A stretch of 64,000 bases of DNA from positions 5,177 through 69,176 of the forward strand of contig JBFGJH010000009.1 in NCBI GenBank assembly GCA_041577335.1, read 5' to 3'. Of this stretch, positions 9,719 to 19,281 are shown one piece after another. The notes under the pieces are model-generated. The model saw only the letters and a list, made by a program, of their open reading frames with translations. It was not told the origin of the DNA and did no database searches. Source of the stretch: Acidimicrobiia bacterium. GTDB lineage: Bacteria > Actinomycetota > Acidimicrobiia > Spongiisociales > JAENVV01. Numbering within the stretch: position 1 is the first letter of the stretch; the number at the start of each line of letters is the position of its first letter. The position numbers and the translations under genes were made by a program.

Positions 9719-11620
9719 ATGTTCCATTCAGGGGGCTGGTACGCCCGACTCCAGTACGACGAGGACCAAGATCGTCCCCAGGTAGACAGAGCTCTGCTTC
9801 GGAGGGTCTTTTCGTACGCTGGTCCCTACCGGGCGGCCCTGGCCGGTGTATTGGCCACCATCGTCGTCATCTCCTCGTTGTCGGTGCTGCCTGCCGTCCT
9901 CATAAGAAATCTGATCGACGTCGCTATTCCCGAGAAGAACATCGGCTATCTCTCGTTGCTCGGCCTCGCCATGATCGCGGTGCCGTTCGTCAATGCCCTC
10001 GTCGGCGGCTTCCAACGATGGCTCAGCGCCAAGGCGGGCGAAGGCATCATCTTCGATCTGCGCCGCGAGCTCTACCGCCACCTCCAGTCGATGTCGTTGC
10101 GCTTCTTCACGGCCACTCGTACCGGAGAGTTGATCTCTCGGCTGAACAATGATGTCGTCGGAGCTCAGCAGGCCATCACCGGAACCTTTGTGACGATCAC
10201 CTCGAATGTGGTCTCGGTCGTGGTGATCCTCGTCGTGATGATCCGCACGAACTGGCTACTCACTCTGCTGGCAGTGCTGGCGCTGCCGCTGTTCATCTAC
10301 CCGGCCCGGCGCGTGGCCAAGATCCTTCGGGTCGTCACCGAGAAGCAGATGGAGCACAACGCCACGATGTCAGCGATCCTCCAGGAGACCTTCAACGTCA
10401 GCGGAGCCCTGCTCGTGAAGCTCTTCAATCGCGGCGAGACCGAGCAGAAGAAGTTCGCGGTTGAGGCCGCTGCCGTGCGCGATCTCGGGGTGCGGCGTGC
10501 TCTGGTGGGGCGTTGGTTCTTTGCCGCGCTCGGCTTGGTGACGGCGGTGGGCACCGCAGCCGTGTTCTGGGTTGGGGGCCTTTTCGTCATCAACGAGGTG
10601 ATCAGCCTCGGCGACCTCGTCATGTTCTCGACACTCACCGCGCTGTTGTATGGGCCGCTTTCGGCGCTTTCCAATGCCCGCGTCGAATTCGCAACATCGT
10701 TGGTCTCGTTCGAGCGGGTCTTCGAGGTCGTGGACCTACCGCTCGATATCGAAGAGAAGGACGATGCGTGGATGCCCGACAGGCTCGAAGGCGCAATCAG
10801 CTTCGAGTCGGTCTTTTTCAGGTATGGGTCTGGCGAACCCGAGGGACTCGATCAGGTGAGGCGCTTCCGGGCATGGGGGGCAGGTGAGGTGGAAGCCGGC
10901 CCATCCGAGCAGGCTTCCACCCGAGCATGGGCGCTCGAGGATGTCTCATTCGACGTGAGCCCTGGTCAAATGGTGGCTCTCGTGGGCCCGAGCGGCGCCG
11001 GTAAGACCACGATCAGCTACCTCGTGCCTCGTCTCTACGACGCTACCGAAGGCGCCGTCACCATCGACGGGCGTGATGTTCGTGACTTCGGGCTGGGAGC
11101 GCTCGCCGACGGCATCGGGATCGTGACGCAGGAGGCCTATCTCTTTCACGACACGATTGCGGCCAATCTCCGTTACGCGAAACCTGAGGCGAGCCTCGAG
11201 GAGCTCCGGGAGGCGTGCCGAGCCGCCAATATCGCCGACTTCATCGAGGCACTGCCCAAGGCATACGAGACGATGGTTGGCGAGCGCGGCTATCGGTTGT
11301 CCGGTGGCGAGAAGCAACGACTCGCTATCGCCAGAGTGATTCTCAAGAATCCGCAGATTCTCATTCTCGACGAAGCAACCGCCCATCTCGACAGCCAGTC
11401 GGAGGCCCTCATCCAGGACGCACTCGAAAAAGTGATGGAAGGCCGAACCTCGTTGGTCATCGCCCATCGGCTGTCGACGATACTCGCCGCCGATTTCATC
11501 TTGGTGATCGACAACGGTCGCCTGGTCGAGTCCGGTCCGCACGAGAAGCTCGTCGCAGCAGGCGGTCTCTACGCAGAACTGTATGAAACACAGTTCCGGC
11601 CCGAATCGTCGTTCGCGTGA
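9719..11620 (+). CDS. ABC exporter, fused permease/ATP-binding protein
   Basis: N-terminal TM domain, GPSGAGKT, LSGGEKQR, ILDEAT, IAHR. Confidence 0.93.
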   Translation: MFHSGGWYARLQYDEDQDRPQVDRALLRRVFSYAGPYRAALAGVLATIVVISSLSVLPAVLIRNLIDVAIPEKNIGYLSLLGLAMIAVPFVNALVGGFQRWLSAKAGEGIIFDLRRELYRHLQSMSLRFFTATRTGELISRLNNDVVGAQQAITGTFVTITSNVVSVVVILVVMIRTNWLLTLLAVLALPLFIYPARRVAKILRVVTEKQMEHNATMSAILQETFNVSGALLVKLFNRGETEQKKFAVEAAAVRDLGVRRALVGRWFFAALGLVTAVGTAAVFWVGGLFVINEVISLGDLVMFSTLTALLYGPLSALSNARVEFATSLVSFERVFEVVDLPLDIEEKDDAWMPDRLEGAISFESVFFRYGSGEPEGLDQVRRFRAWGAGEVEAGPSEQASTRAWALEDVSFDVSPGQMVALVGPSGAGKTTISYLVPRLYDATEGAVTIDGRDVRDFGLGALADGIGIVTQEAYLFHDTIAANLRYAKPEASLEELREACRAANIADFIEALPKAYETMVGERGYRLSGGEKQRLAIARVILKNPQILILDEATAHLDSQSEALIQDALEKVMEGRTSLVIAHRLSTILAADFILVIDNGRLVESGPHEKLVAAGGLYAELYETQFRPESSFA

Positions 11621-12537
11621 CCGTCGGGCCAGCCGAGATTCGGAAGGCCCACAATCGGATCGTCGAACGAGTTCGCTTCACGCCGGTCATCGACGTCTCC
11701 TTGGCCGGGCTACCCCCATTCACGCTCAAGCTCGAGATGATGCAGCACACAGGCTCGTTCAAGCCTCGTGGTGCGTTCAACAAGGCGTTGACGTCGCCCA
11801 TGACACAGGCGGGTCTGGTGGCGGCTTCGGGCGGCAACCATGGGCTTGCGGTCGCCCATGTGGCTGCCGAATTGGGTGTGAAAGCTGAGATCTTCGTGCC
11901 ATCACTCATCTCGGCTGCCAAGTTGGAGAGTCTGCACCGCACGGAAGCGACGGTCGTCGTGGGCGGCGACGCATACGCGGACGCACTCGCCGCGTCCGTC
12001 GACCGGGCACAACAGACAGGCGCAGTCATGGTGCACGCCTACGACGACCCAGCCGTGATTGCCGGCCAAGGCACCGTCTTCTGGGAGGTCGAGCATCTGG
12101 CGCCAGACGTCGACGCGGTCGTGGTGGCCGTCGGCGGGGGCGGGCTCTCGGCGGGAGCTGCCGCCTGGTTCGGAGAACGCGTTGACCTGATCGCAGTCGA
12201 AACCACCGGCACCCAAGCCTTGCACGCCGCTCTCTTGGCAGGGAGGCCGGTCCCGGTAGAGGTATCGGGTATCGCAGCGGACTCTCTCGGCGCACGCCAA
12301 GTTGGCTCACATCCTTTCGAGCTCCTGGCGCCGCTTGCCATCAGTGTCGTGGTCACCGACGACGACGTCGTCGGGGCACAACGGGTTCTCTGGGACCAAC
12401 TCCGGGTGGCCGCCGAGCCAGGCGGTGCGGCGGCATTCGCCGCTGTGCAGAATGGGACCGTCGACCTTGCCGCCTACCGCCGGCCCGTGGTCGTCGTGTG
12501 CGGCGGAAACGTCGATCCAGCGTCGCTCACCTCCTAG
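11617..12537 (+). CDS. PLP-dependent serine/threonine dehydratase-family protein
   Basis: QHTGSFKPRG PLP lysine, ASGGNHG, VGGGGL, EPGGA, CGGN. Confidence 0.88.
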   Translation: MTVGPAEIRKAHNRIVERVRFTPVIDVSLAGLPPFTLKLEMMQHTGSFKPRGAFNKALTSPMTQAGLVAASGGNHGLAVAHVAAELGVKAEIFVPSLISAAKLESLHRTEATVVVGGDAYADALAASVDRAQQTGAVMVHAYDDPAVIAGQGTVFWEVEHLAPDVDAVVVAVGGGGLSAGAAAWFGERVDLIAVETTGTQALHAALLAGRPVPVEVSGIAADSLGARQVGSHPFELLAPLAISVVVTDDDVVGAQRVLWDQLRVAAEPGGAAAFAAVQNGTVDLAAYRRPVVVVCGGNVDPASLTS

Positions 12538-12627
12538 CGAGCGATCGTCGGCCGATCTCCGCGACCTTCTGTCACGCTCCGTGCCAAATCCCCGTTTTTG
12601 TCACACCCCCTTGGCATCATGAATGGC

Positions 12628-12987
12628 ATGCACGATGCGTTCAACTGCCGTCATCACCTTCAGCCAGTCGGCGATTTGTCCGTGATGGTGTGTACCACCT
12701 GTCAGACCACCCAATGGTGGGACGGGAGAGGTTTGATCCACCCCGCGGACGGTGTCGCCCGGCTCTTCGGAGAGTATGAGCTCATCGGGACGCTTCCCGC
12801 CGTTGGTGGGCCGTCTTCGGTGATCCTCACCTATCGAGCTCCCAACTTCTCGGCCCGGCAACACCTCGCGGCGTTTCCCGTGAATACCTGGATCCGCATC
12901 GACAACGGCCTGTGGCTGAGCCACGATGGAACGACCTTGCTCCTTGCCCCTGCCGATCGGCACGTTGCCAGCACTTTCGCCGGCTGA
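12628..12987 (+). CDS. Hypothetical protein with N-terminal Cys/His (zinc-ribbon-like) motif
   Basis: CRHH...CTTC; start uncertain (12619 or 12628). Confidence 0.5.
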   Translation: MHDAFNCRHHLQPVGDLSVMVCTTCQTTQWWDGRGLIHPADGVARLFGEYELIGTLPAVGGPSSVILTYRAPNFSARQHLAAFPVNTWIRIDNGLWLSHDGTTLLLAPADRHVASTFAG

Positions 12988-13034
12988 GCCCGCGACCGGG
13001 CGGCGTTGCGGCGGCCCGGTAGTACGGTTGCGCT

Positions 13035-13826
13035 GTGTCACACGAGCCATCAACTCCCCGGTCGGTCACTCCGATCGTCGACGGTGTCAAAGGGGCGGCG
13101 ACCGACGACCTGGTCGTCACCGAGTCACCGATGGAGCTCCGGATTGCGTCGGTCCCGATCGCCGTTGTCATGCGCACGCCCGGCAACGACAGCGAGCTGG
13201 CGATGGGATTCCTGCTCACGGAAGGCATCATTTTGTCACCGGGCGAAGTCGCCGCGATTGCGCGTCTGTCCGACGATCGTCTGGAAGTGATGCTTTCGGA
13301 AGGGGTGGTCCTCGACCCAGAGCAGTTCCGGCGAAACCTCTACACCACCTCGTCGTGTGGCGTGTGCGGAAAGGCGAGTATCGACGCCGTTCGAATCACT
13401 GCGCGCGCGATGGCGGACGGACCGGTCGTTCCGGCGGATCGCCTCGACTCTATGGCGGACGTTCTGCGGTCCGGACAGGCGACGTTCGAAACCACGGGAG
13501 GTTTGCATGGGGTCGGGCTGTTCGATGCGGACGGGGGACTCGTGGCCCTCCACGAGGACGTCGGGCGGCACAATGCGGTCGACAAAGTCGTCGGCGAGGC
13601 TGCCCGCAATCGCTGGCCGCTTTCCGACACGGTGCTCATGGTGTCCGGCAGAGTCTCATTCGAAATCGTCCAGAAAGCAGCGGTTGTCGGGATTCCCTTC
13701 GTGGCCGGCATCTCGGCGGCTTCGTCGCTGGCGGTGGAGCTCGGCGAAGAAATGCGAATGACGGTGGTCGGGTTTGTTCGGCCGGGCCGAGCAACGATCT
13801 ATACCGGTGCAGAGCGAGTCGGTTGA
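13035..13826 (+). CDS. fdhD: Formate dehydrogenase accessory sulfurtransferase FdhD
   Basis: MRTPG, SSCGVCG, TGGLH, EDVGRHNAVDK, SGRVSFE. Confidence 0.95.
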   Translation: MSHEPSTPRSVTPIVDGVKGAATDDLVVTESPMELRIASVPIAVVMRTPGNDSELAMGFLLTEGIILSPGEVAAIARLSDDRLEVMLSEGVVLDPEQFRRNLYTTSSCGVCGKASIDAVRITARAMADGPVVPADRLDSMADVLRSGQATFETTGGLHGVGLFDADGGLVALHEDVGRHNAVDKVVGEAARNRWPLSDTVLMVSGRVSFEIVQKAAVVGIPFVAGISAASSLAVELGEEMRMTVVGFVRPGRATIYTGAERVG

Positions 13827-13833
13827 GATCGCT

Positions 13834-14289
13834 GTGCGAGCGTTGGTGGCATTGATTGCGGTTCTGGCGGCATGTGGTGGGTCGGCCACCTCGTCGACCC
13901 CGGCAACCAGCTCTGCTCCGTCGACCGAGACCGTCGCGACCTCCGCGGTGGTGGGTGACGACACGGCTCTCGTGCAGGCATGCGCCGACGTTGTCGGGGT
14001 GACGGCCGAGCAAGCGGCCGATGGGACGTGGACCATCTCGGCGACCGTGCGGTCGGGCGATACGGGTTGGGACAAATACGCCGATCTCTGGGAGGTGTGG
14101 GTCGATGGAGTCGCGGTCGGTGAACGTGTTCTGGCGCATCCTCACGAAACAGAACAGCCATTCACCCGTAGCGTCGCAGGAATCGATCTTCCGGCAGGGA
14201 CGGAAGAGATCGAAGTCGCAGCTCGCGACTCCATCAACGGCTTCTGCGGGCAGACATTCGTGTTGGCGCTCGCAACGCCGGAGCCTTAG
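13834..14289 (+). CDS. Hypothetical lipoprotein
   Basis: Lipobox LAAC, S/T-rich linker, DTGWDKYAD.W...RVLAHPH..EQPFTRS domain. Confidence 0.65.
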   Translation: MRALVALIAVLAACGGSATSSTPATSSAPSTETVATSAVVGDDTALVQACADVVGVTAEQAADGTWTISATVRSGDTGWDKYADLWEVWVDGVAVGERVLAHPHETEQPFTRSVAGIDLPAGTEEIEVAARDSINGFCGQTFVLALATPEP

Positions 14290-14807
14290 GCGTCGACGCC
14301 ATCCTCTGCCAATTGCTCTTCGCGCCCATCCCTACCAGCGCGTGATGCACCTGGGACGAGGAGCAGGGGGACCTTCGTTTGTTGCATCACCCGAACGGAA
14401 ACGCTTTCCCATGCATCCGCATCGAAGATTGGTCGGGTGGCACCCAAGACGATGACGTCCGCCTCGTGCTCGACTGCCGTATCCACGATTGCTCTCGCCG
14501 GATCGGTGCCTTCGACGAACAGCGCCCGGACGTCGACCCCACCGGCAGACAGCGCCGCAACGATGGGCTCGACCAAGCGGATCCCTCGCTCTTCGACGTA
14601 TTGGGCGACTGCTTGCTCGATCGCCGGGGTGCGCGGCTCGTCCGAGAACGGCTGCCACGTCTCGGTGGCAAGCTCTTCGAGGAATTCCCGGGGCACTTCG
14701 AGACACGACATCACTGTGACCGCTCCCTCGGTTCCTACGAGTCGCTCGACCAGCTTGGCAACTGAGGAAGAGGGCAGCGCCCCGGCGGTTGCAATGAGCA
14801 CATGCAC
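14286..14807 (-). CDS. Universal stress protein (Usp)
   Basis: VLIAT N-terminus, DPARAIV...ADVIVLGA...SVSVRV...PLLLVP. Confidence 0.8.
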   Translation of the reverse strand: MHVLIATAGALPSSSVAKLVERLVGTEGAVTVMSCLEVPREFLEELATETWQPFSDEPRTPAIEQAVAQYVEERGIRLVEPIVAALSAGGVDVRALFVEGTDPARAIVDTAVEHEADVIVLGATRPIFDADAWESVSVRVMQQTKVPLLLVPGASRAGRDGREEQLAEDGVDA

Positions 14808-14910
14808 CAGAAGGACATTACCGAATGTCCGCCGTTACGCCAGGCCCGGTGCACCGATCTTGCCCGAGCCTCGTCTACCCTCCGCTCGCACGACATTCGG
14901 AGGGGAACCG

Positions 14911-15414
14911 ATGACACTCGACGACGCGGCCGTGAACAAGGTGACATGGAAGATTCCGAACGCTTTGGCGCTGGTCGGCTCACGCCACGGCGACGAACGG
15001 AATGCGATGACGACGTCGTGGATCACCCAGGTGTCGATGGAGCCGGTTCTCATTGCCATCGGCGTCGACAAGAGCGCTGTCACTCACCGCCTCATCAGCG
15101 ATGGTGGCTCATTCAGCGTGAATCTGTGGGATTCCGATGACACGCGACCATTCGTCAAATTCTCCAAGCCGGCGACGTACGAGAACGGTGAACTGAACGG
15201 CCGCCCTGTGACGGAGGGACTCACGGGCGCGCCGATCTTCGAAGAGGCGATCGCGTGGATGGATTGTGCTGTTCGGCAAACGGTCGACTGCGGTACCCAT
15301 TCGCTCTTTCTCGGTGAGATCGTCGATGTGGGAATTCGCGACGACGAAGCACGTGCTGCGGCGATGAGCGACACACGCATGAAGTACGGAGGAGTGCGGC
15401 GCGGCGGTCACTGA
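14911..15414 (+). CDS. Flavin reductase-like protein
   Basis: NAMTTSWITQVSMEP, GTHSLFLGEI; RBS GGAGGGG before ATG. Confidence 0.88.
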   Translation: MTLDDAAVNKVTWKIPNALALVGSRHGDERNAMTTSWITQVSMEPVLIAIGVDKSAVTHRLISDGGSFSVNLWDSDDTRPFVKFSKPATYENGELNGRPVTEGLTGAPIFEEAIAWMDCAVRQTVDCGTHSLFLGEIVDVGIRDDEARAAAMSDTRMKYGGVRRGGH

Positions 15415-15420
15415 ACCAGG

Positions 15421-17148
15421 TCATTGGCCGGCCTCTTCAGCGAGCTCCAACCACCGGTGTTCTGCCGTTTCCAATTCTTCGAGGCTCGTCGCCAACTGAG
15501 CGCTCAGCTCGTGTGCGTTGTCCCAATCTGAACCGGCAACGTCCAGCCTTTGGCGAAGCTCGGCGATCTTGCGTTCGATGGTGGGTATGCGCTTCGAGAG
15601 GGCCGAATATTCTCGCTGGTCATTGAAGCTGAGGCCTCGGCGGGCGGTCTTGGGCTTGGCGAGCGTCGATGATGCCCTTTCGGTTGGGGGCGTGGGCGCT
15701 TCCTTGGCTGCCCGGTAGCCGGCCCAGCCCTGAGGATGATGCACCACCGCGCCTCCCGGCTCGAGCGAGAACAGGTGCTCGCATACCCGGTCGAGGAAGA
15801 AGCGATCATGGCTGGCCACGACCACTGCTCCGATCCAATGGTCGAGGAGATCCTCGAGGGTCCGAAGCGTGTCGAGGTCGAGATCGTTGGTCGGCTCATC
15901 GAGCATGAGCACATTCGGCGCCGTGGCCAGGACGCGGATGAGCTCGAGCCTGCGGCGTTCGCCGCCGGAGAGCTCATCGATCCGGGTTGAGTGCTGGCGC
16001 GAAGGAAAACCGAATCGCTCCAGGAGCTGGCTGGCGCCGATGGTCACACCGGTCGAGAGTCGAGTCTGGAGGGCAACATCTCGGACCGCATCGAGCAGCC
16101 GCAGTTCTGGGGCCAGGACCGTCGGTTCCTGCCCGTACCAACCGACTCGCACGGTGGACCCATGGACCACCTTGCCCTCGTCCACGGGTACGAATCCTGC
16201 CATCATGCCCAGCAGGGTGGTCTTCCCCGAGCCGTTGGGGCCGACCAATCCAATCCTGCTGTCCGGGGCCAACCGGTACGTGAAGTTGCGGACGACCCAC
16301 CGGTCGTATCGCTTTCCGGCATTGTGAAGATTGACGACCTTGCCGCCGATACGAGCGGTTGGGAGTGTGAAGTCCACGGCGACCTGGCTCTCGGTGGTCG
16401 TCACATCCTGGAGTTTTTCAGCTCTCTGTACTCGATACTTGGCCTTGCCGGTCCGCGCCTTGGGGCTGCGGCTGAGCCACTCGAGCTCACGACGAGCTGT
16501 GTTCCGCAGCTTGCGCTCCGTCGCCTCGGTATGAGCCTGGCGACGCGCCCGGGCAGCGAGGAAGTCGGAGTAGCTGCCCTGGTGCTCGAAGACCTCGGTT
16601 CGGTCCACCTCGAGAATGCGGTTGCTGACCCGGTCGAGAAGGTATCGGTCGTGGGTCACGATCACGAGCGCGCCCGGCCGAGTGGCCAATCTCTCTTCGA
16701 GCCAGTCGATGAAGTCGACGTCGAGGTGGTTGGTTGGTTCGTCGAGGATCAGCAGTTCTGCCGGCTTCGCCAACGCCTCGGCGAGCGCGACTCTGCGTTT
16801 CTCGCCGCCTGACAGGTCGGCGAGCGGGACATCCATGGCGGCGAATCCCATTCGATCCAACAGCGCCAAAGTGTCTCGGCTTCGTGAGGCGACGTCGCCG
16901 ACGGTGCGGCCCGGGACAACCAGAGGCTGCTGCTCGAGGAAGCTGATCCGCAACCCGACGTTGGTGATGACGGTCCCTTCGTCGGGCTCGTCGAGCCCGC
17001 CCAGGATGCGCAGCAGGGTTGATTTTCCGGATCCGTTGACGCCAATGACACCGATCCGGTCTCCTTCGTGGATGCCCAGGCTGACTGACTCCAAGACCGG
17101 TCCTTCGGGATAGCGCTTGGAGATGTCTTGGCACGTGAGGAGGACCAT
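15421..17148 (-). CDS. ABC-F family ATP-binding protein (Uup-like)
   Basis: Two NBDs (GVNGSGKST, GPNGSGKTT; LSGGE; LDEPTN; HDR), no TM segments, C-terminal coiled coil. Confidence 0.92.
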   Translation of the reverse strand: MVLLTCQDISKRYPEGPVLESVSLGIHEGDRIGVIGVNGSGKSTLLRILGGLDEPDEGTVITNVGLRISFLEQQPLVVPGRTVGDVASRSRDTLALLDRMGFAAMDVPLADLSGGEKRRVALAEALAKPAELLILDEPTNHLDVDFIDWLEERLATRPGALVIVTHDRYLLDRVSNRILEVDRTEVFEHQGSYSDFLAARARRQAHTEATERKLRNTARRELEWLSRSPKARTGKAKYRVQRAEKLQDVTTTESQVAVDFTLPTARIGGKVVNLHNAGKRYDRWVVRNFTYRLAPDSRIGLVGPNGSGKTTLLGMMAGFVPVDEGKVVHGSTVRVGWYGQEPTVLAPELRLLDAVRDVALQTRLSTGVTIGASQLLERFGFPSRQHSTRIDELSGGERRRLELIRVLATAPNVLMLDEPTNDLDLDTLRTLEDLLDHWIGAVVVASHDRFFLDRVCEHLFSLEPGGAVVHHPQGWAGYRAAKEAPTPPTERASSTLAKPKTARRGLSFNDQREYSALSKRIPTIERKIAELRQRLDVAGSDWDNAHELSAQLATSLEELETAEHRWLELAEEAGQ

Positions 17149-17205
17149 GCCCGAGACGCTAGTGGCCTGGCCTAGTCTCCTCACGTCTCACCGAGGAGCG
17201 AAACA

Positions 17206-17982
17206 ATGGAAGTGCGTGTCGACGGAAAGGTGGCTGTGGTCACCGGGGGCAGCCGGGGTATCGGCCTGGCCATCGCCGAGGAACTGATCCGATCCGGCGC
17301 GACCGGAGTCGTGATCACCTCGAGAAAACCCGACAACCTCGCCGCAGCGCTCGAGGCCATCGGTGGGAGCACTGGGCAGCCCGAGCGTGTCCATGGTGTG
17401 ATCGCTCCGGCGGATGACCCCGAGGCAGCCCGATCAGCGGTCGAGGAGACTGTCGAGCGGTTCGGGTCGTGCGACATTCTCATCAACAATGCCGGAACGA
17501 ACCCGGCCGTCGGCGATCTCGCCGATGTCGACTTGGGGGCCGTCGACAAGACGTGGGCGGTCAACCAGAAGGGCCCCGTCGTCTGGGCACAACAGGCGTG
17601 GCACCAGTGGATGAAAGCCAATGGCGGTGTGATCATCAACACGGCATCGGTGGGCGGATTCGCCCCGGGCCCCATGATCGGCGCCTACAACGTTTCCAAG
17701 GCAGCGCTGATTCACATCACTCGTCAACTGGCGATGGAGATGGCACCCGGCGTGAGGGTGAACGCGGTGGCGCCGGCGGTCGTGAAGACGAAGCTGTCTG
17801 AGATGCTGTGGACGCACGATGAAGCGGCCGTCGCCAAGACTCATCCGCTCAACCGGTTGGGCGAGCCACAAGACATTGCCAACGCCGTGGTGTTTCTATG
17901 CTCCGACAAGGCGTCATGGATCACCGGAGTCACTTTGCCCGTCGACGGCGGGGTCGTTGGTGCGTCGGGAGCGATCGGCTGA
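17206..17982 (+). CDS. SDR family oxidoreductase
   Basis: TGGSRGIG, NNAG, YNVSK catalytic motif. Confidence 0.93.
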   Translation: MEVRVDGKVAVVTGGSRGIGLAIAEELIRSGATGVVITSRKPDNLAAALEAIGGSTGQPERVHGVIAPADDPEAARSAVEETVERFGSCDILINNAGTNPAVGDLADVDLGAVDKTWAVNQKGPVVWAQQAWHQWMKANGGVIINTASVGGFAPGPMIGAYNVSKAALIHITRQLAMEMAPGVRVNAVAPAVVKTKLSEMLWTHDEAAVAKTHPLNRLGEPQDIANAVVFLCSDKASWITGVTLPVDGGVVGASGAIG

Positions 17983-17996
17983 ACCGCCCTCAGGCC

Positions 17997-19277
17997 ATGC
18001 GTGCCCTATTCGTTGCTGGATGCGTCGGGCTGGCCTCTTGCACTGCTGCACCGCCAGCCACCGTCGCAACGACCCAGGATTCGGCCTCCGCAGTCGAGCT
18101 GTCAGAGCCAGCTGCCCTGCAGTCGATCACGACGGCCAACAGTCCGGACGGTAACCGCCTCGTTTCCGGCCACGGAAACATGCCGGCGGATCCGATCACC
18201 GCCGATCTTGGGGAGCCGGCTCGGTGGGTGCTCGCCGTTCCCGATGGCGACACCGCTCTTTGGGTGGTGGTCGCCGAATCCGGCGCAGTTTCTGCCTTCT
18301 CGGTTTCACAAGGGAGGCTGGATCCGCGGCCGGTCAACTTGCAGGCGCTGCCACCGGGGACGCCGCCTTCCGCTGCGGTTGGGCCCGAAGGCGTCCTGCT
18401 GCTCGCCCCTCCGCCACCAACCGCGTCACTCTTCACCAACCCCATCGCCCTGAGCGACGGAGGCCTGGCGTTCGTTGCTGCGGACGGCTCGGTGGTCACG
18501 GTCGCACGAGAAGGCAATCGGACGTTCGATATCGATGCGTTGCCCGACGCCCGCCTCGTGTCCGACGGTGGGCTCATCGCGGTGCTCACCGCTCCCACCG
18601 ATCGATATGCGCATGGGGTGCTCGGCGACACGTTGGAAGCCGGGGCGGTCACGGTTGTCGATCCATCGTCGCAGACAGTCGTCCAGACCATCGAGTTCGA
18701 CTCGTCTGTCGTCGAGGGCGTTGCCCCGATGTGGGCCGACGTCGACGGCGACGGTGTGTCCGAGCTCTTGGTGACGTTGTCCGATTCCGGCGGCGGTGCC
18801 CGGTTGGCCGTCATCAGTGAGAGCGGCCAGATCTCGGCCGAGTCGGATCCCATTGGCGTGGCGAATCGGTGGCGGCACCAGATAGCGGTTGGCCCGCTCG
18901 GACCGGGCGGCGAGACGGAGATCGTGGAAGTGATCACCCCCCACCTGGGCGGCATCGTCACCTTCCGCCGCATGGATGGACCTCATATCCCCGAAGTCGC
19001 CTCGCTGTCCGGATTCACGTCACACGTGTTGGGCTCGCGCAACCTCGACATGGCAGTCGTCGCCGACGCCGATGGGGACGGTCAGCCCGAAGTGGTGCTC
19101 CCGACCCAGGATCGCAACGAGTTGGCAGGCCTGGAGCGGTCGGCAGAAGGGGTCGAGGTGGCATGGAGCGTCCCGCTGGACGCTCCGATCGTTTCGAACC
19201 TCGCCGCTGCCGATGTCGGAGGACGACTCGTCGTGGGGCTCGGCACCGCTGACGGGCGCCTGTTGGTGTGGGAATAG
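17997..19277 (+). CDS. Lipoprotein with FG-GAP/VCBS-like Ca-binding repeats
   Basis: Lipobox LASC; ADVDGDG..E and ADADGDGQPE repeats; YAHGVLGD motif. Confidence 0.7.
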   Translation: MRALFVAGCVGLASCTAAPPATVATTQDSASAVELSEPAALQSITTANSPDGNRLVSGHGNMPADPITADLGEPARWVLAVPDGDTALWVVVAESGAVSAFSVSQGRLDPRPVNLQALPPGTPPSAAVGPEGVLLLAPPPPTASLFTNPIALSDGGLAFVAADGSVVTVAREGNRTFDIDALPDARLVSDGGLIAVLTAPTDRYAHGVLGDTLEAGAVTVVDPSSQTVVQTIEFDSSVVEGVAPMWADVDGDGVSELLVTLSDSGGGARLAVISESGQISAESDPIGVANRWRHQIAVGPLGPGGETEIVEVITPHLGGIVTFRRMDGPHIPEVASLSGFTSHVLGSRNLDMAVVADADGDGQPEVVLPTQDRNELAGLERSAEGVEVAWSVPLDAPIVSNLAAADVGGRLVVGLGTADGRLLVWE

Positions 19278-19281
19278 CCGT

